64,000 nucleotides of DNA, from NCBI RefSeq assembly GCF_964194155.1, contig NC_135901.1, forward strand, positions 25,854,001 to 25,918,000, given 5' to 3'. The translations under genes and the position numbers were made by a program. Below, one piece after another: positions 36,996 through 49,845 of this stretch. Each line of letters starts with the position of its first letter. Within the stretch, counting starts at the first letter, position 1. Source of the DNA: Cetorhinus maximus. Taxonomy: Eukaryota. Below the pieces are notes generated by a model. The model saw nothing but the letters and a program-made list of their open reading frames with translations, was not told the origin of the DNA and made no database searches.

Positions 36996-37232
36996 TTATC
37001 CTTTGTCCTTCTGTCTATGACATCTTTGGCAGTCTCTTCTTTGCCTCCATCTATCACTGGCCCTCTAAACAGCTCTACCCGTCCCACCCCCCTCAACAAG
37101 CTTATATTTCACCTCATTTCTATTTCTCCTTAGTTCTGATGAAGAGTCATACGGACTCGAAACGTTAACTGTATTCCTCTCCACAGATGCTGTTGGACCT
37201 GCTGAGTTTTTCCAGCTATTTTTGTTTTTGTT
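36996..37232 (+). mobile_element. Penelope-type repeat nested in L2
   Basis: Flanked by tgagaa(c/t)ttt; absent from the paralogous L2 in gene A. Confidence 0.7.
37132..37170 (+). ncRNA. Minimal type I hammerhead ribozyme motif (Penelope-associated)
   Basis: AGUU-CUGAUGA-A-GAGUC(AUACG)GACUC-GAAAC-GU-U-AACU: full core, helix I AGUU/AACU, 5-bp helix II, palindromic ACGU helix III. Confidence 0.65.
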
Positions 37233-38162
37233 TGAGAATTTTAAAAGTTGGTGCTTCTTAACTGGGAGCCTTTGTAGATCAGTGAGCACAGTGGCAGTGG
37301 GTGAACAAGACAGTGCGACTAAACACACAAGCAACAGAGCTTTGAATTACTTCAAGATTACGGGGGTGGAGGGGGATGATTTAATGTTGAAGGCTGACTG
37401 GGAGTGTGTTAGGATAGTTTAGCCTTGCAGTAACAAAGGAATGGATAATGGTTTCTGCAGGAGATAAACTGAGACTAAGGTGGAGTCAGGCCATATTACT
37501 GAGGTAGAAATAGGCGGCCTTGGTGATGATGTGGATATGTGGTTGGAAGCTCATCTGGGAGTCAAATATGACACCATGGTTGTGAACAATCTGGTTCAGC
37601 TTCAGAGGAAATTTCTGCGCATCCCGTACTTGACGTCAGACAAGTTAGAATGGTGCGTGACTTGGGTGGGAACTTGGAGGTGCTGGTGTTTACATACCCT
37701 GGCCTGTCTAGGTGGTGGAATCTGATGGTTTGGGTGATTCTGTCAATGTTTTTGTGAAATTATAGATATCAAATTTTTCTCCTTCACCACCTGCCTCTCC
37801 CACCTCTCTCTCCCAAACACCCTCTCTCCACCCATAGAACCAGAGTCTTGTTTAGGCCCACACCAGATTCCCACCCTGAAGGACATCAGTGAACCAGTTG
37901 GGTTTTTACGACAATCCAGCAGTTTTCATGGTCAATTTTTCCTGGTGCCGGCCCCACAAATTACCGGATTCATTCAGCTCAATTTCACAACCTACCTTTG
38001 TGTCTTCTGGGTTCTGTCTCACTCTCTTTTTCTGTTTTATATCAATTTCACAGGATATTGGAAGGGAAGGATTTGCAGTCAGGAAGCTGAAACCAAACAT
38101 CACATTGGGATCCGATAGAGTCACCCAATTTATCATAACTAGAATATCATCAGAATTTGAAC

Positions 38163-39284
38163 ATGGAAGGAAAAAGCACCGTTCACAGTGGAGAGAAACC
38201 GTTCACGTGTTCTGTGTGTGGACGAGGCTTCAGCCGATCATCTAACCTATCAAAACACAAATGCAGTCACAACAGGGAGAAACTGTGGAAATGTGGAGAC
38301 TGTGGGAAGGGATATAATTATCCAGTTCAGCTGGAAAGTCACAGGCGCACTCACACTGGGGAGAGGCCATTCACCTGCTCTGACTGTGGGATAGGTTTCA
38401 CTCGATCATGCCACCTGACAAGACACCAACGAGTTCACACCGGGGAGAGGCCGTTCACCTGCTCCGAGTGTGGGAAGGGATTCACTCAGTCATCCAACCT
38501 GCTGACACATCGGCGCATTCATACTGACGAGACACGTTTTAAATGTCCAGACTGTGGGAAGCGCTTCAGAAGTTCTGGGGACTTGATGTCCCATCAAAAT
38601 GTTCACACTGATGAGAGACCGTTCAGGTGCTCTCACTGCGGGACTGGGTTCAGGTGGTCATCTCAACTCACTGTACACCAGCGACTTCACACTGGAGAGA
38701 GACCATTCACCTGCCCCGAATGTGGGAAGGGATTCACTCGGTCATCCCATCTGGTGACACACCGGCGCATTCACACTGGGGAGACACCGTTTACCTGCTC
38801 CGATTGTGGGAAGGGATTCACGCAGTTATCCACCTTGCTGATACATCAGCAAGTTCACACTGGGAAGAGGCCGTTCATTTGCTCCAAGTGCGGGAAGGGA
38901 TTCACTCGGACATCCGACCTGCTGACACATCAGCAAGTTCACACTGGGGAGTGGCCATTCTCTTGCCACGTATGTGGGAAGGGATTCACTCGGTCCTCCA
39001 GGTTGCTGATACACCAGCGAGGTCACACTGGGGAGAGACCTTTTAAATGCCCAGACTGCGGGAAGTGTTATAAAAGTTCCGGGGTCTTGATGTCCCATCA
39101 ACGTGTTCACACTGACGAGAGACCGTTCAGGTGCTCTCACTGTGGGACTGGGTTCAGGCGATCATCTCACCTCACTGAGCACCAGCGAGTTCACACTGGG
39201 GAGAGACCATTCACCTGCTCTGAGTGTGGGAAGGGATTCACTCAGTCATCCACCCTGCTGACACACCAGCGAGTTCACAAGTAA
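38163..39284 (+). CDS. KRAB-less C2H2 zinc-finger protein (gene F), 13 fingers
   Basis: Open frame [13 protein letters not shown]...; acceptor tttcacag at 38053; ends HK*. Confidence 0.9.
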   Translation: MEGKSTVHSGEKPFTCSVCGRGFSRSSNLSKHKCSHNREKLWKCGDCGKGYNYPVQLESHRRTHTGERPFTCSDCGIGFTRSCHLTRHQRVHTGERPFTCSECGKGFTQSSNLLTHRRIHTDETRFKCPDCGKRFRSSGDLMSHQNVHTDERPFRCSHCGTGFRWSSQLTVHQRLHTGERPFTCPECGKGFTRSSHLVTHRRIHTGETPFTCSDCGKGFTQLSTLLIHQQVHTGKRPFICSKCGKGFTRTSDLLTHQQVHTGEWPFSCHVCGKGFTRSSRLLIHQRGHTGERPFKCPDCGKCYKSSGVLMSHQRVHTDERPFRCSHCGTGFRRSSHLTEHQRVHTGERPFTCSECGKGFTQSSTLLTHQRVHK

Positions 39285-39514
39285 GTATAGTGATTGGATT
39301 TTGCTGCTAATCACATCCAGGACTAAATTGGGCTCTTTTTCTGCTGATGTTAATAAACTCCAGCCCAGTTATAGGTGTTAATATTCTGGATATCATCAAA
39401 ATAAATCAGCTTTGTGTTAAACACACAGTGTGCCGAGTCTTTTTAACATCTATAACACAAGTTAATTCCTTTGAAGTGCTCTCCCTTTCCTGTCTCCTCC
39501 GTTCTCAAACTCCA

Positions 39515-40560
39515 ACTCACCAGGCTCCTTAGACAGCACCTTCTGAATCCACGACCACTACCATCTAGAAGGACAAGGCAAGTAGATAGATGGGAACATC
39601 ATCACCTGGAAGTTCCCCTCCAAGCCACTTACCATCCTGACTTGGAAATATATCGTTGTTCCTTCACTGTCACTGGGTCAAAATCCTGGAACTCCCTCCC
39701 TAACAGCACTGTGGGTGTATCTACACCACAGGGCTGCCTTAAAAAGGCAGCTCACCCTCACCTTCTCAAGGGAAATTAGGGATGAGCAATAAATGCTGGC
39801 CTCGACTGCAATGCCCATGTCCAATGATTGAATTAGAAAAAAAAACAAGTGTGAGGAGCTCATGGAGTTTCTTTGTCACTATGATTAAGACAATCCTATC
39901 AACTGCCTCTGCTGCTTTCCTCCCTTCCACTAACACACTGGGCTGAACTGCCTCTCAAGCTGCTCCTTCTCCTAGCCCTGAACTCACATATTTCTTATGT
40001 TTATCTGCCATCTCTCCTCATGCCCTCTCAGAGCTCATCTTGTCCATGAGAACCACCTCCTGCTCCATTGACCCTATTCTCACTAATCTACTGATGTTCC
40101 AACTTCCCCATTTTCACTGACACTGTTAATGGTTCTCTCTCTTCAGGTCCTGTCCCTCTGTCCTTCAAATCTGCGATCATCACCCCCTCCTCAATAAAAC
40201 CAACCCTTGACCACAACATTTTTACAAACTCCCACCCCATCTCCAACCTCCCTTTTGCATCCAAAGTCCTTGTCACTTCCCAAATCCATGCCCATCTTTC
40301 CAGGAATTCCATTTTTGAATCCCCCCAATATGATTGTTGCCCCTGTCACAATGTTGAAGGAGCTCTTAGAATCACAACTTACATTCCATGTCACCAAGAT
40401 GAACTCTCCCTCCTTGTCCTTCTCGGCCTCTCTGCAGTCATTGACACCAAGAACCAAACCATCCTCCCCCAATGCCCCTCCACTGGTACCCAGCTAGATG
40501 GGACATCACGCTCCTGATTCCTTTCTTATCAAATTGTAGCCAGAGAATCACCTGCAGTAG
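39515..40560 (+). mobile_element. LINE 3' tail (39515-39845) inserted in an L2 fragment
   Basis: GSKSWNSLPNSTVG tail ending in A-rich run; L2 RT N-terminal sequence follows. Confidence 0.75.
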
Positions 40561-40669
40561 CTGTGATTATTTGAATAACACTGTTATAGACTCACTCACT
40601 CAATGGGTGATCAGGTATCACTGCACGTTTATATAAAAATGTTCCATTATCACCCTCACTGGTCTGCAC

Positions 40670-43381
40670 AGGAGGGCTGCTTTGGGGTGCATCAGAGTGC
40701 TTCAGCTGGAGTTTGATGAGAGAGGGACTTTTAAGGGTTAATTCTATCTAAAGTATAATCTTTCTTTAATTTAGCAACTAACTAAAAGTTGTTCTTTGGG
40801 TTGGGAGAAGTTGTTTTAGTCCAGCTTTAAAACAGGGATTATGCAGGCTCTGCTTGCAGCTGCAGCTAGTTAATTAGTTAACTGGCTTAAACAGGTTTTC
40901 AGAAGCTAGATTTAGGCAGCATAAAAGCAAGTCATCGATAGTTATGCTTTTATCTTAACTGGAGTGTTGCTTTGGGTTGCATTTGAGTGCTTAAGTTGGC
41001 GTTTGGTAAGAGAGGGACTTTTAAGGATTAATTTCTATCTAAAGTCTAACCATTCTTTAAATTTTTTATTCATTTATGGGATGTGGGAATCGCTGGCTAG
41101 GCCAGCATTTATTGCCCATCCCTAGTTGCCCTTGAGAAGGTGGCGGTGAACTGCTTTCTTGAACCACTGTCGTCCACATGGTGTAGGTACACCCACAGTG
41201 CTGTTAGGGAGGAATTCCAGGATTTTTATTCAGCAACAGTGAAGGAATGGCAACATATTTCCAAGTTAGGATGGTGAGTGGCTTGGAGGGGAACTTCCAG
41301 GTGGTGGTGTTCCCCTCTGTCTGCTGCCCTTGTCCTTCTAAGTCTTGCTAAAAGTTTCTCTTTGGGTTGGGAGAAAGTGAGTTTTAGTCCAGCTTTAAAA
41401 CCAAGATTATACAGGCTCTGCTTGCAGCTGCAGCTAGTCCATTAGTTAACTGGCTTATACAGTTAAGTCATGGCAGGGCAGCTCGGCCAAGTGGAATGCT
41501 CCTCCTGTGCGATGTGGAAAGTCAGGGACACTTCCAGTCTCCAGGTGACCAAGTATGCAGGAAATGTCTCCAGTTGCAGCTACTCAAAATCCACGTTTCA
41601 GAGCTGGAGCTGTGGCTGGAGTCACTGTGGAGCAAAAGCAAAGAAGAGATCTTCGTGGATAGCACATACAGTGAGGTGGTCATACCGCAGGTAAAGAGTA
41701 CACAGGCAGAAAGTGATTGGGTGCCTGCCAGACAGAGTAAAAAGCATTAGGCAGGTAGTGCAGGGGTCCCTGGGTCCAAGCAAAGGGGATGCAATGGCGT
41801 AGTGGTATTGTCGCTGGACGAATAATCCGGACACCGAGGGTAATGCTCTGGGGACCTGGGTTTGAATCCCGCAACGGAATTTGAATTTGATAAACAATCT
41901 AGAATTTAAAAAGTCTAAAGACCATGAAACCATTGTCGATTGTTGTGAAAACCCATTTGGTTCACTAATGTCCCTTTAGGGAAGAAAATCTGTCATCCTT
42001 ACCTGGTCTGGCCTACATGTGACTCCAGACCCACAGCAATGTGGTTGACTCTTAAATGCCCTCTGAAAAGGGCAATTAGGGATGGGCAATATATGCTGAC
42101 CCAGCCAGCGATGCCCACATCCCATGAATGAATTAAAAAATGTCTGTGGCATCACGTGTGGCTCAGCTGCACAAGGTGGGGAGAGCGCAAGAGAAATATT
42201 GACAGGGGATTCAATCATAAGGGGAACAGATAGACGTTTCTGCGGCCGCAGACGTGATACCAGGATGGTATGTTGTCTCCCTGGCACCAGCATCAAGGAT
42301 GTCACTGAGTGGCTGCAGGACATTCTGAAGGGATGGGTGAACAGCCAGAGTCATTGTCCATATAGGTACCGATGATGTAGGGAAAAAGAGGGATGAGGTC
42401 CTGAAAGCAGAATATAGGGAGCTGGGAAATAAATTAAAAAGCAAGGCCTCCAGGATTCCCCTGGAATCAGGAATACTCCAAGCGCCACGTGCTGGAAAGA
42501 TCAGGATTAGGAGAATATACCAGATTAATTCATGGCTGGAGAGATGGTGCAGGAGGGAGGGACTTAGATTGCTGAGACATTGGGACTGATTCTAGGGAAG
42601 ATGGGACCTGTACAAGGTGGATGGGTTGCACCCCAGTAGGACTGCAACCAATATCCTCGCTAGGGTGTTTGCTAGTACTGTGGGGGAGGGTTTAAACTAG
42701 ACTGACAGGGAGATGGGAAACTGAGTGGGGAGACACAAGAGAGGGAAACAAAGATTGGAATGAGAGACAGAAAAGTAGAAAGCAAAAGTGGAAGGCAGAG
42801 GAAACAAGGGCTAACAGTAAATAGAGCCATAGAACAAAAAATCAAGGATGTTAAAAATGTTAAAAAGTCTAAAGCACAGAACATTCGCAATAAGGTAGAT
42901 GGATTAACAGTGCAAGTAGATGTAAACGGATACAATATGATTGTGATTAAAGAGACTTGGCTGCAGGGTGACCATGGCTGGGAACTGAATGTCCAAGCAT
43001 ACTCGATATTAAGGACAGGCAGGAAAAATGGAAAAGGAGGTGGTGTGGCATTGTTAGTTAAGGACAAATTCATGTGATAATGAGAGAGGAAATTGGCTCA
43101 GAAAATCTAGATGTAGAATCAGTCTGGGTGGAGCTAAGAAGCAACAATGGGAAGAAAACATTATTGGGTGTTGTCTGTAGGCCTCCAAACAGTAGTGATC
43201 AGGTGGGGGACTGTATTAAACAGGAAATTAGAGATGCATGTAACAAGGGTGCTATGGTATTCAGGGGTGACTTTAAGCTGCATATGGGTTGGGCAAACCA
43301 AATTAGCAATATTACTGTGGTGGATGAATTCCTGGAGTGTACAAGCTTTTTTTCAGACTCGAATGTCGAGGAACCGACTAG
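40670..43381 (+). mobile_element. 5' half of a CR1 LINE: repeated 5' UTR, ORF1 (Zn finger/zipper + esterase) and ORF2 endonuclease start
   Basis: MAGQLGQVECSSCAMW..CRKCLQLQLL..; GDSIIRGTDRRFCG..CLPG; ETWL, CRPP, GDF; nested LINE tail at 41062-41340 (-). Confidence 0.88.
41785..42140 (+). mobile_element. tRNA-derived SINE, full length
   Basis: A box TGGCGTAGTGG, B box GGTTTGAATCC, LINE-shared tail gggcaattagggatgggcaat...aaaaaa; interrupts CR1 ORF1. Confidence 0.85.
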
Positions 43382-43410
43382 GAGAGTGTGTGAGAGAGAG
43401 AGGAGACAAA

Positions 43411-43542
43411 GGAGAGTCATACACGGACTCGAAATGTTAACTCTGTTTCTCTCTCTCCACAGGCGCTGTCAGACCTGCTGAGTTTTTCCAGCATTTTCTG
43501 TTTTATTTCAGACACCCAGCATCTGCAGTATTTTGCTTTTAT
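43411..43542 (+). mobile_element. Penelope-type terminal repeat fragment
   Basis: gagtcatacacggactcgaaatgttaact...cctgctgagtttttccagc. Confidence 0.7.
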
Positions 43543-43544
43543 GC

Positions 43545-44010
43545 TAGCATCATGAGGAAATCTTTTCAGTAACAAGTAGTAAGAATTTGGAATTCACTAT
43601 CGGATGGATACAGATTCAAGAGTGACCTTCAAAAGGGAATCGGATAAATTCTTAAAGGAGAAATGATGCTGGTATGGGGTAAAGAATAGGGTAGTGGGAC
43701 TAACTGGATCGCTTGCCGAATTTGTCAGCACAGATTCAATAGGCCAAATGGCCTCCTTCTCTGCTGTGGTTTGACGACATTCTGTCATCTATAATAATGG
43801 AACGATTCATAATAAACATATGATAGAATCTCAGAGCACGGATGGTGGCCATTCAGCCCATTGTGCCTGTCCTGTCTCTGAAAATGTTACCAATCTGTCG
43901 CACTCCCCTACCCTTTTCCGATCGCCCTCCAAATCTTTACTTATTAAGTTGAAATTCAAATCACTTTTGAAAGTTACTACTGAATCTGCTTCTACCAGTC
44001 ATTCAGACAA
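43545..44010. mobile_element. Two CR1 3' ends, tail to tail
   Basis: CR1 tail motifs on + (to ~43790) and - (43820-44010). Confidence 0.65.
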
Positions 44011-44019
44011 TGACTTCAG

Positions 44020-45030
44020 TCTTCCCAATGTTTAATTTGAAGAAATTTCTGCACATCCACCACCAGATATCAGACAAACAGTCTGATAATTTACCAAGAG
44101 TGGAGAAATCGTGAGAGGTGGTGGTGAGGCAGAGCTGGGAGCTGTCAGTGTAAATGTGAGAACTGACAGTGTTTTCAGATGATGTCATTGTGTGGAGCAG
44201 GTTAATGAGAAACAAGAGGAGACCAAGGCTGGATCCTTTGGGGACACCAGAGGTAACTCTGGGATTGGAAAGGGAAGACATTGCAAGTGAGTCTCTGGCT
44301 ATGATTAGATAAAGAAGAATGGAACCAGGAGAGAGCAGCCCCACCCAGCTGGACGACAGGGGAGAGGCAAAGGTGCAGAATGATGTGGTCAACATTGTCA
44401 AAGGCTGCAGACAGGTCGAGGACGAGAAGGGAGAGTTTATCTTTGTCACAGTCACATAGGGTGTCATTTGTGACTTTGATAAGAGTTGTTTCAGCACTGT
44501 GACAGGGGCAAAAACCTATTTGGAGGGATTCAAACATGGAGTTCTGGGAAAAATGGGCACAGATTTGGGAGGTGACAACATGTTCAAGGACTTTGGAGAG
44601 GAAAGGGAGGCTGGAGATGGGGCAATAGTTTGGAAAGACAGTGGGGTCAAGCATTTGTTTTTTGAGAAGGGTATAATGATGGGAAATCTGAAGGAGAGAG
44701 GGACAGTACCTGAGAAAGAAAACTATTAACATAGTCAGTGGACATTGGAAAGTTGAGTGATCAGCAGTTTAGTGGGAGTAGGGCTGAGGAAGCAGGAGGT
44801 GGGTTTCATGGACAAGATGAGCTCTGAGAGGGCATGAGGGGAGATGGGAGGGAAACGACAGAAAGATGAGAGTTCAGGGATTGGGTAATGGGGAACTTTA
44901 GGGAGGGCGAGTGGAAGGGAGGGAAGCAGCAGAGGCAGCTGATCAGATTGTCTTAATCCTAGTGACAAAGAATCTCTATGAGCTCCTCACACTTGTTGTT
45001 GGAGGTGCGGATGGAGGAGACAGGGGAGAG
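44020..45030 (-). mobile_element. L2 RT fragment
   Basis: NYCPISSLPFLSKVLE..QIGFCPCHSAETTLIKVTND..LDLSAAFD; GVPKGS. Confidence 0.9.
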
Positions 45031-45231
45031 GGAGAGCCCTTCAAAAGGAACTAACTTGTGTTAGTGATATTAAAAAGATTCATCACACTGTGTCTTTAAC
45101 ACAAAACTAATTTATTTGACTTTTCGCCAGATTAGTAAGTGGGCTGTAGTTTAATAACATCAGCAGAAACAGACCCCAATGAACATGATTCAGTCCTAGA
45201 TGTGATGAACAGCAAAATCCCATCACTGTTG

Positions 45232-46178
45232 TTACTTGTGAATTCGCTGGTGTCTCAGCAGGTGGGGTGAATAAGTGAATCTCTTCCCACACTGGGCGCA
45301 GGTGAATGGTCTCTCCTCAGTGAGAACTCGCTGGTGTGTCAGCAGGTTGGACGAGGTAGTGAATCTCTTCCCACACTGGGCGCAGGTGAATGGTCTCTCC
45401 TCAGTGTGAATTCGTTGGTGTGTCAGCAGGTTGGATGAGGTAGTGAATCTCTTCCCACACTGAGGGCAGGAAAATGGCCTCTTCCCAGTGTGAATTTGCT
45501 GGTGTCTCAGCAGGCTAGATAACTGAGTGAATCCCTTCTGACACTGGGGGCGGTTGAATGGCCTCTCCCCAGTCTGAACTCGCTGGTGTGTCAGCAGGTG
45601 GGATGACCGAGTGAATCCCTTCCCACACTCAGAGCAGATGAACGGTCTCTCCCCCGTGTGAACTCGCTGATGTCTCAGCAGGTGGGGTGAGTGAGTGAAT
45701 CCCTTCCCACAAGTGGAGCAGGTGAACGGCCTCTCCCCAGTGTGAATTCGCTGGTGTACAATGAGTTGAGATGATCGCCTGAACCCAGTTCCGCAGTGAG
45801 AGCATTTAAATGGTCTCTTGTCTGTATGAACACACTGATGGTACATCAGCTCCCAGGAACTTTTAAAGCACTTCCCACAGTCTGGCATTTAAAAGGTCTC
45901 TCATCAGTGTGAACTCGCTGGTGGCTCAATAGGTTGGATGAAAGAGTGAATCCCTTCCCACACGTGGAGCAGGTGAACGGCCTCTCCCCAGTGCGACTGC
46001 GCCGATGCATTTCCAACTCAGACGGGAATCTGAATCCCTTCCCACAGTCCCCACATTTCCACGGTTTTTCCCTGGTGTGGCTGCGCTTGTGTCTTGACAG
46101 GCCAGATGATTGGTTGAAGCCTCGTCCACACAGAAACCACGGTTTCTCCGCGATGTGAACGGTGCTTTTTCTTTCCAT
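45232..46178 (-). pseudogene. ZNF pseudogene G (MERK-type, about 11 finger units)
   Basis: 1-bp frameshift near 45886 (tgccaga versus tgcccaga), deleted first finger, several lost Cys/His ligands. Confidence 0.75.
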
Positions 46179-47312
46179 GTTCAAAATCAAATGATATTCA
46201 GGTTACAATAAATTGGGTGACTGTCAGAATCTGCTGTGATGTTTTGTTTCTGCTTCCTGACTGCAAATCTTCCCCGTCTAATCCCCTGTGAAACTGATTT
46301 AAAACAGGAAAAAGGGAGTGAGAGAGAACCCACAAAAACAGGTTGTGAAACTGAGCTGAATGAATCTAGTAGTTTGTGCGGCCGGTACTAGGAAAAAGTG
46401 ACCATGAAAACTGCTGGATTGTCATAAAAACCCAACTGGTTCACTAATGTCCTTCGGGGAAGGGAACCTGCCACCCAGTCTGGGCCTATACAAGATTCTG
46501 GCCTCCATGGGAGGAGAGAGAGAGGTGGGAGATGCAGGGGGTGAAGATGTGTTTAATACATCTTCAGCTCGACCAGAACTTTGGCAGAATCTCCCAAACC
46601 CTCAACCTCCTCCACCTAGAAGGACGAAGGTAACAGGTGTCAATGAACACCATCACCTCCAACTCACGCACCGTCCTGACTTGTCTGACATCCAGTACTG
46701 GATGAGCAGAAATTCCCTCCATTTAAACGTTGGGAAGATGAAAGCCATTGTCTCCACTCCCTAACCAGCTCTCTGAGGCTGAACCAGAATATTCGCAACC
46801 TTGTTGTCATATTTCAGCCCAAACTCAGCTTCTGACTACAGATCAATAAAACCACCCATTTCCACCTCAGTAACATCGCCCAGCTGTGCCCCTGCCTCAG
46901 AGCACAGCCCGGCCCTCATTCCGGCACTATGGGTTCCCGTTTTCATTGACAGGGGACTTTCTGACCCATGGGGATTCAGGGTAAACCAGCCGCCATCGAG
47001 ACCAATCTGTGAACGGGCATTTTTTCCCCCCCAGTTGGTAAAACAGAAGATCCATGGATGAGGGGGATATTGGACAGGAAGCACAATGAGAGGTTCGGAC
47101 ACTTTATTAAATACTCACAGCAGAAGCACATTAATCTGATCAGAGATCACTTCCTCACGAACAGCCAGCGGAGTGGAGCCTCCTGAGATTCCGGTCCCTT
47201 TCCCGTCAGTATTTACAGGAGCTGGGACACGGAAAAGAGTCTCAGTAAAATCAGGGATTTATTTGTTCACTGTTTTAAAATGGGTCTGGGCTCACACTTG
47301 AAGTTTGTGCAG

Positions 47313-47485
47313 CCTGTGATTCCCTGAGTTTATTAACCCTCCCCCTCCAGACCCTTTGAGCTCTCTATTGTTTTTCAATGTCCTACTGGCCCTGTGATTC
47401 CCTGGGTTTATTAACCCTCCCCGCTCCAGACCCTTTGGGTTCTCTATTATTGGACTCTCTATTGTTTTTCAATGTCCTCCTGGCC
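47313..47485. repeat. Tandem duplication of about 78 bp
   Basis: cctgtgattccctg.gtttattaaccctcccc...ctctctattgtttttcaatgtcct twice. Confidence 0.8.
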
Positions 47486-48110
47486 TTGTACCTGATCCAA
47501 TAAAAACCCTCCTTACATCACACAGGGAACAGCTTTAGACATGTCCTGACTTTTCACCTCAATCTTATTCTGCTGAATGATCTCATTGACCGTTCCCTTT
47601 CTCTCGATCAGTCCGTCCACCATCTCTTTTCTGGATTTCACTCCTTCTTGTTGTTCCAGGATTTCATCTCTCTGCCTTTTATTTCTTTTACTGAAGATTC
47701 CTGTCCATTGCTGCCTCACAGCCTCGTCCTGTTCCCACATATTCTCCATGTCTAAGTGCTTCCCAGCAGCCGTGGCCCCTATTCCAGCCCAATCACCGAT
47801 CCCTCTCTTCCCTCCACCCTTTTTACTGGTGTCACTATCACAGGGACGATTTCAGTGTTTTCCCAAAACTGCCTTAACACCGGGGTCATGGCTACTGGGT
47901 GGTCATTGTCCACCCATCTCTCTCCCTGCATTCTGACTTCTGAAATCCCCGGATAATTCCCTTATCATCCGAACATCAAGGTCCTTGTAGATGGGATGAC
48001 ATAACCTTGGGGATGGGTGTGTGGTATTCAGGGCACATAGTACCGGAACTATTTTAAATCTTGTATCATTATGTAGGCTTTCTGAGTACAAGTGATGATT
48101 AAACCATTTA
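47440..48110 (-). pseudogene. Retroviral env-like relic (cleavage site, fusion peptide, heptad)
   Basis: LHNDTRFKIVPVL..LC; KKGGGKR|GIGDWAGIGATAAG; helical ...TVNEIIQQNK...AVPCVM*GGFLLDQVQ. Confidence 0.6.
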
Positions 48111-48129
48111 TGGAACCAATTTCATGTGG

Positions 48130-49110
48130 CAGGACAGATTGAGGGGGTATCAGTGAAGCATATGGGGTCTTGGGCTTCATAAATAGAGGTACTGAGAACA
48201 AAAAAGGGAAGTGCACCAACAGAGAATTGTTCTGATCGGGAACTCTCTCCCTGATTCTATGTTTAGCCTCCACCCACTCGTCCTAGATTCCCCAACCAGT
48301 GGAAATAGTTCCTATCTATTCTGTCAGTTCCAATTAATATCCCAAAAACTTTGATCAAATCAGCTCTTAATCTTATAAATTCCAGGGATTACAACCCTCA
48401 CAGTGAGGTGATGTATTTTATCAGGAGGAATAGGGAGAGGGAAAATATTATTCATGGCACAGCTCTAAAGAGTGTGCAGAGACAGAGGGACCTGAGGCTT
48501 CATGGCTTTGATCTCTGAAGGTGACAGAATGTATTAAGAGAGTGGTTAGCAAAGCCGATTGGATCTTGAGCTTCATAAATAGTGATATTGAGAACAAAAA
48601 CAGGGAAGTTATGTTGAATTCTTTATGGAGCTCTGGTTAGGCCACAATTTGAGAACTGCATCCAGTTCTGGTCACCTCACTTTAGGGAGGATGGGAGGGA
48701 GGAAGGTCCTTGAGAAGGTGCAGAGGAGCTTTACCAGAATGGTTCCTGCAAAGGAGGTTGAGAGGAGATTGGTAGAGGTGTACGAGATTATGACAGGTTT
48801 AGGTATAGACAAAGAAAAGCTATTCCCATCAGCTGATTGTACAAGGACCCAAGGACAGAGGTTTAAGATTTTGGGTAAAAGGTGCGGGAGATGTGAGGAA
48901 GAATATTTTTACAGTGAGTGGTAATGACCTGGAGGTTACTGCCTATGAGGGGGGTGAAAATGGACATGGTGAGCGATTTCAAAAGGAAATTGGACAGAAG
49001 CATGAGGGAAATAAACTTGCAAGGATACAGGGATAGAGCAGGGGAATGGGACTGATTGGATTGCTCTACATAGCCTAATGGCCTCCTCTATGCCATAATG
49101 ACTCTGTGAC
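48130..49110 (+). mobile_element. Fragmented CR1 RT/3' end
   Basis: LEKVQRSFTRMVP..LVEVYEIM..; CR1 tail; short inverted piece at 48270-48400. Confidence 0.75.
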
Positions 49111-49845
49111 TCTTTTGTGTAATCTCATTCTGTAATTTAACCCTTGGAGCCCAGATCACTCAGGTAAGTATGTGCTACACTCCCTCCAAGGCCATTCTAT
49201 CCTTCCTGATGTTTGTTGCCCAGAACTGAACACTGTTCTTCAGGTGTGCTTGAACCAGGGTTTGTGTGTCTCAGCATTTTTCCAGTCACACTTGAAATCT
49301 TGTCAGAATCACACAGTGCAGAAGAGGCCCTTCAGCCCATCGAGTCTGCACCAATAATGAGAAACACCTGACCTACCTACATAATCCCATTTACCAGCAC
49401 TTGGCCCATAGCCTTGAATGTTGGTCAAAATGTCAAGGCCCATTGGTCCCTAATGGGCCCAACTCTTTCCCTGATTATCCTCTTCCCATTGGCATTGAAA
49501 AAAAAAATTTAGATACCTGCAGTTAAATCTTTCAGACACTAAATTGGAGATTTTTCACCAAATATCAATTTACGATTGTAGTAAAAGTTCATAATTTTAT
49601 TGTCAAGGGGTTCCTACTGAAAGTTTTTGAAATTAAGGGGAAGGATCACAGATGGTGCTTTTAAAAAGGGACACTGCAGTCCTGAAAATCAGTGACATCT
49701 CCAGAATATTAAACTCCAGCCAGTTATAGTGTTGTTAACATCAGCAGAAACAAAATATTGCCAGACTACCAATACTAAACAAGCTTACAAGCAGCAAGAA
49801 CAACAGGATCCAACCCCTGCAGTCACTTATGAACTTGCTGATGTC

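Larger units (their letters stand above)
36620..37645 (-). mobile_element. L2 3' fragment in the intron of ZNF F
   Basis: Colinear with 3719-4875. Confidence 0.8.

Noticed and set aside
38188-39140. Alternative-frame ORFs over ZNF arrays (MWEGIHSV.., VGRDSL..)
   Set aside because: Expected shadows of finger codon usage; short and not conserved in extent
41785-41880. tRNA gene
   Set aside because: A and B boxes are present but run into a SINE body and LINE-type tail; no full cloverleaf
45880-45892. Gene G frameshift as a mere sequencing error
   Set aside because: Possible for this one indel, but a deleted first finger, several lost ligands and a lost CpG promoter independently indicate decay
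47513-47749. TRIM-type coiled-coil exon
   Set aside because: The in-frame upstream basic site plus Gly/Ala-rich peptide fits a viral fusion protein better; no B-box or RING nearby
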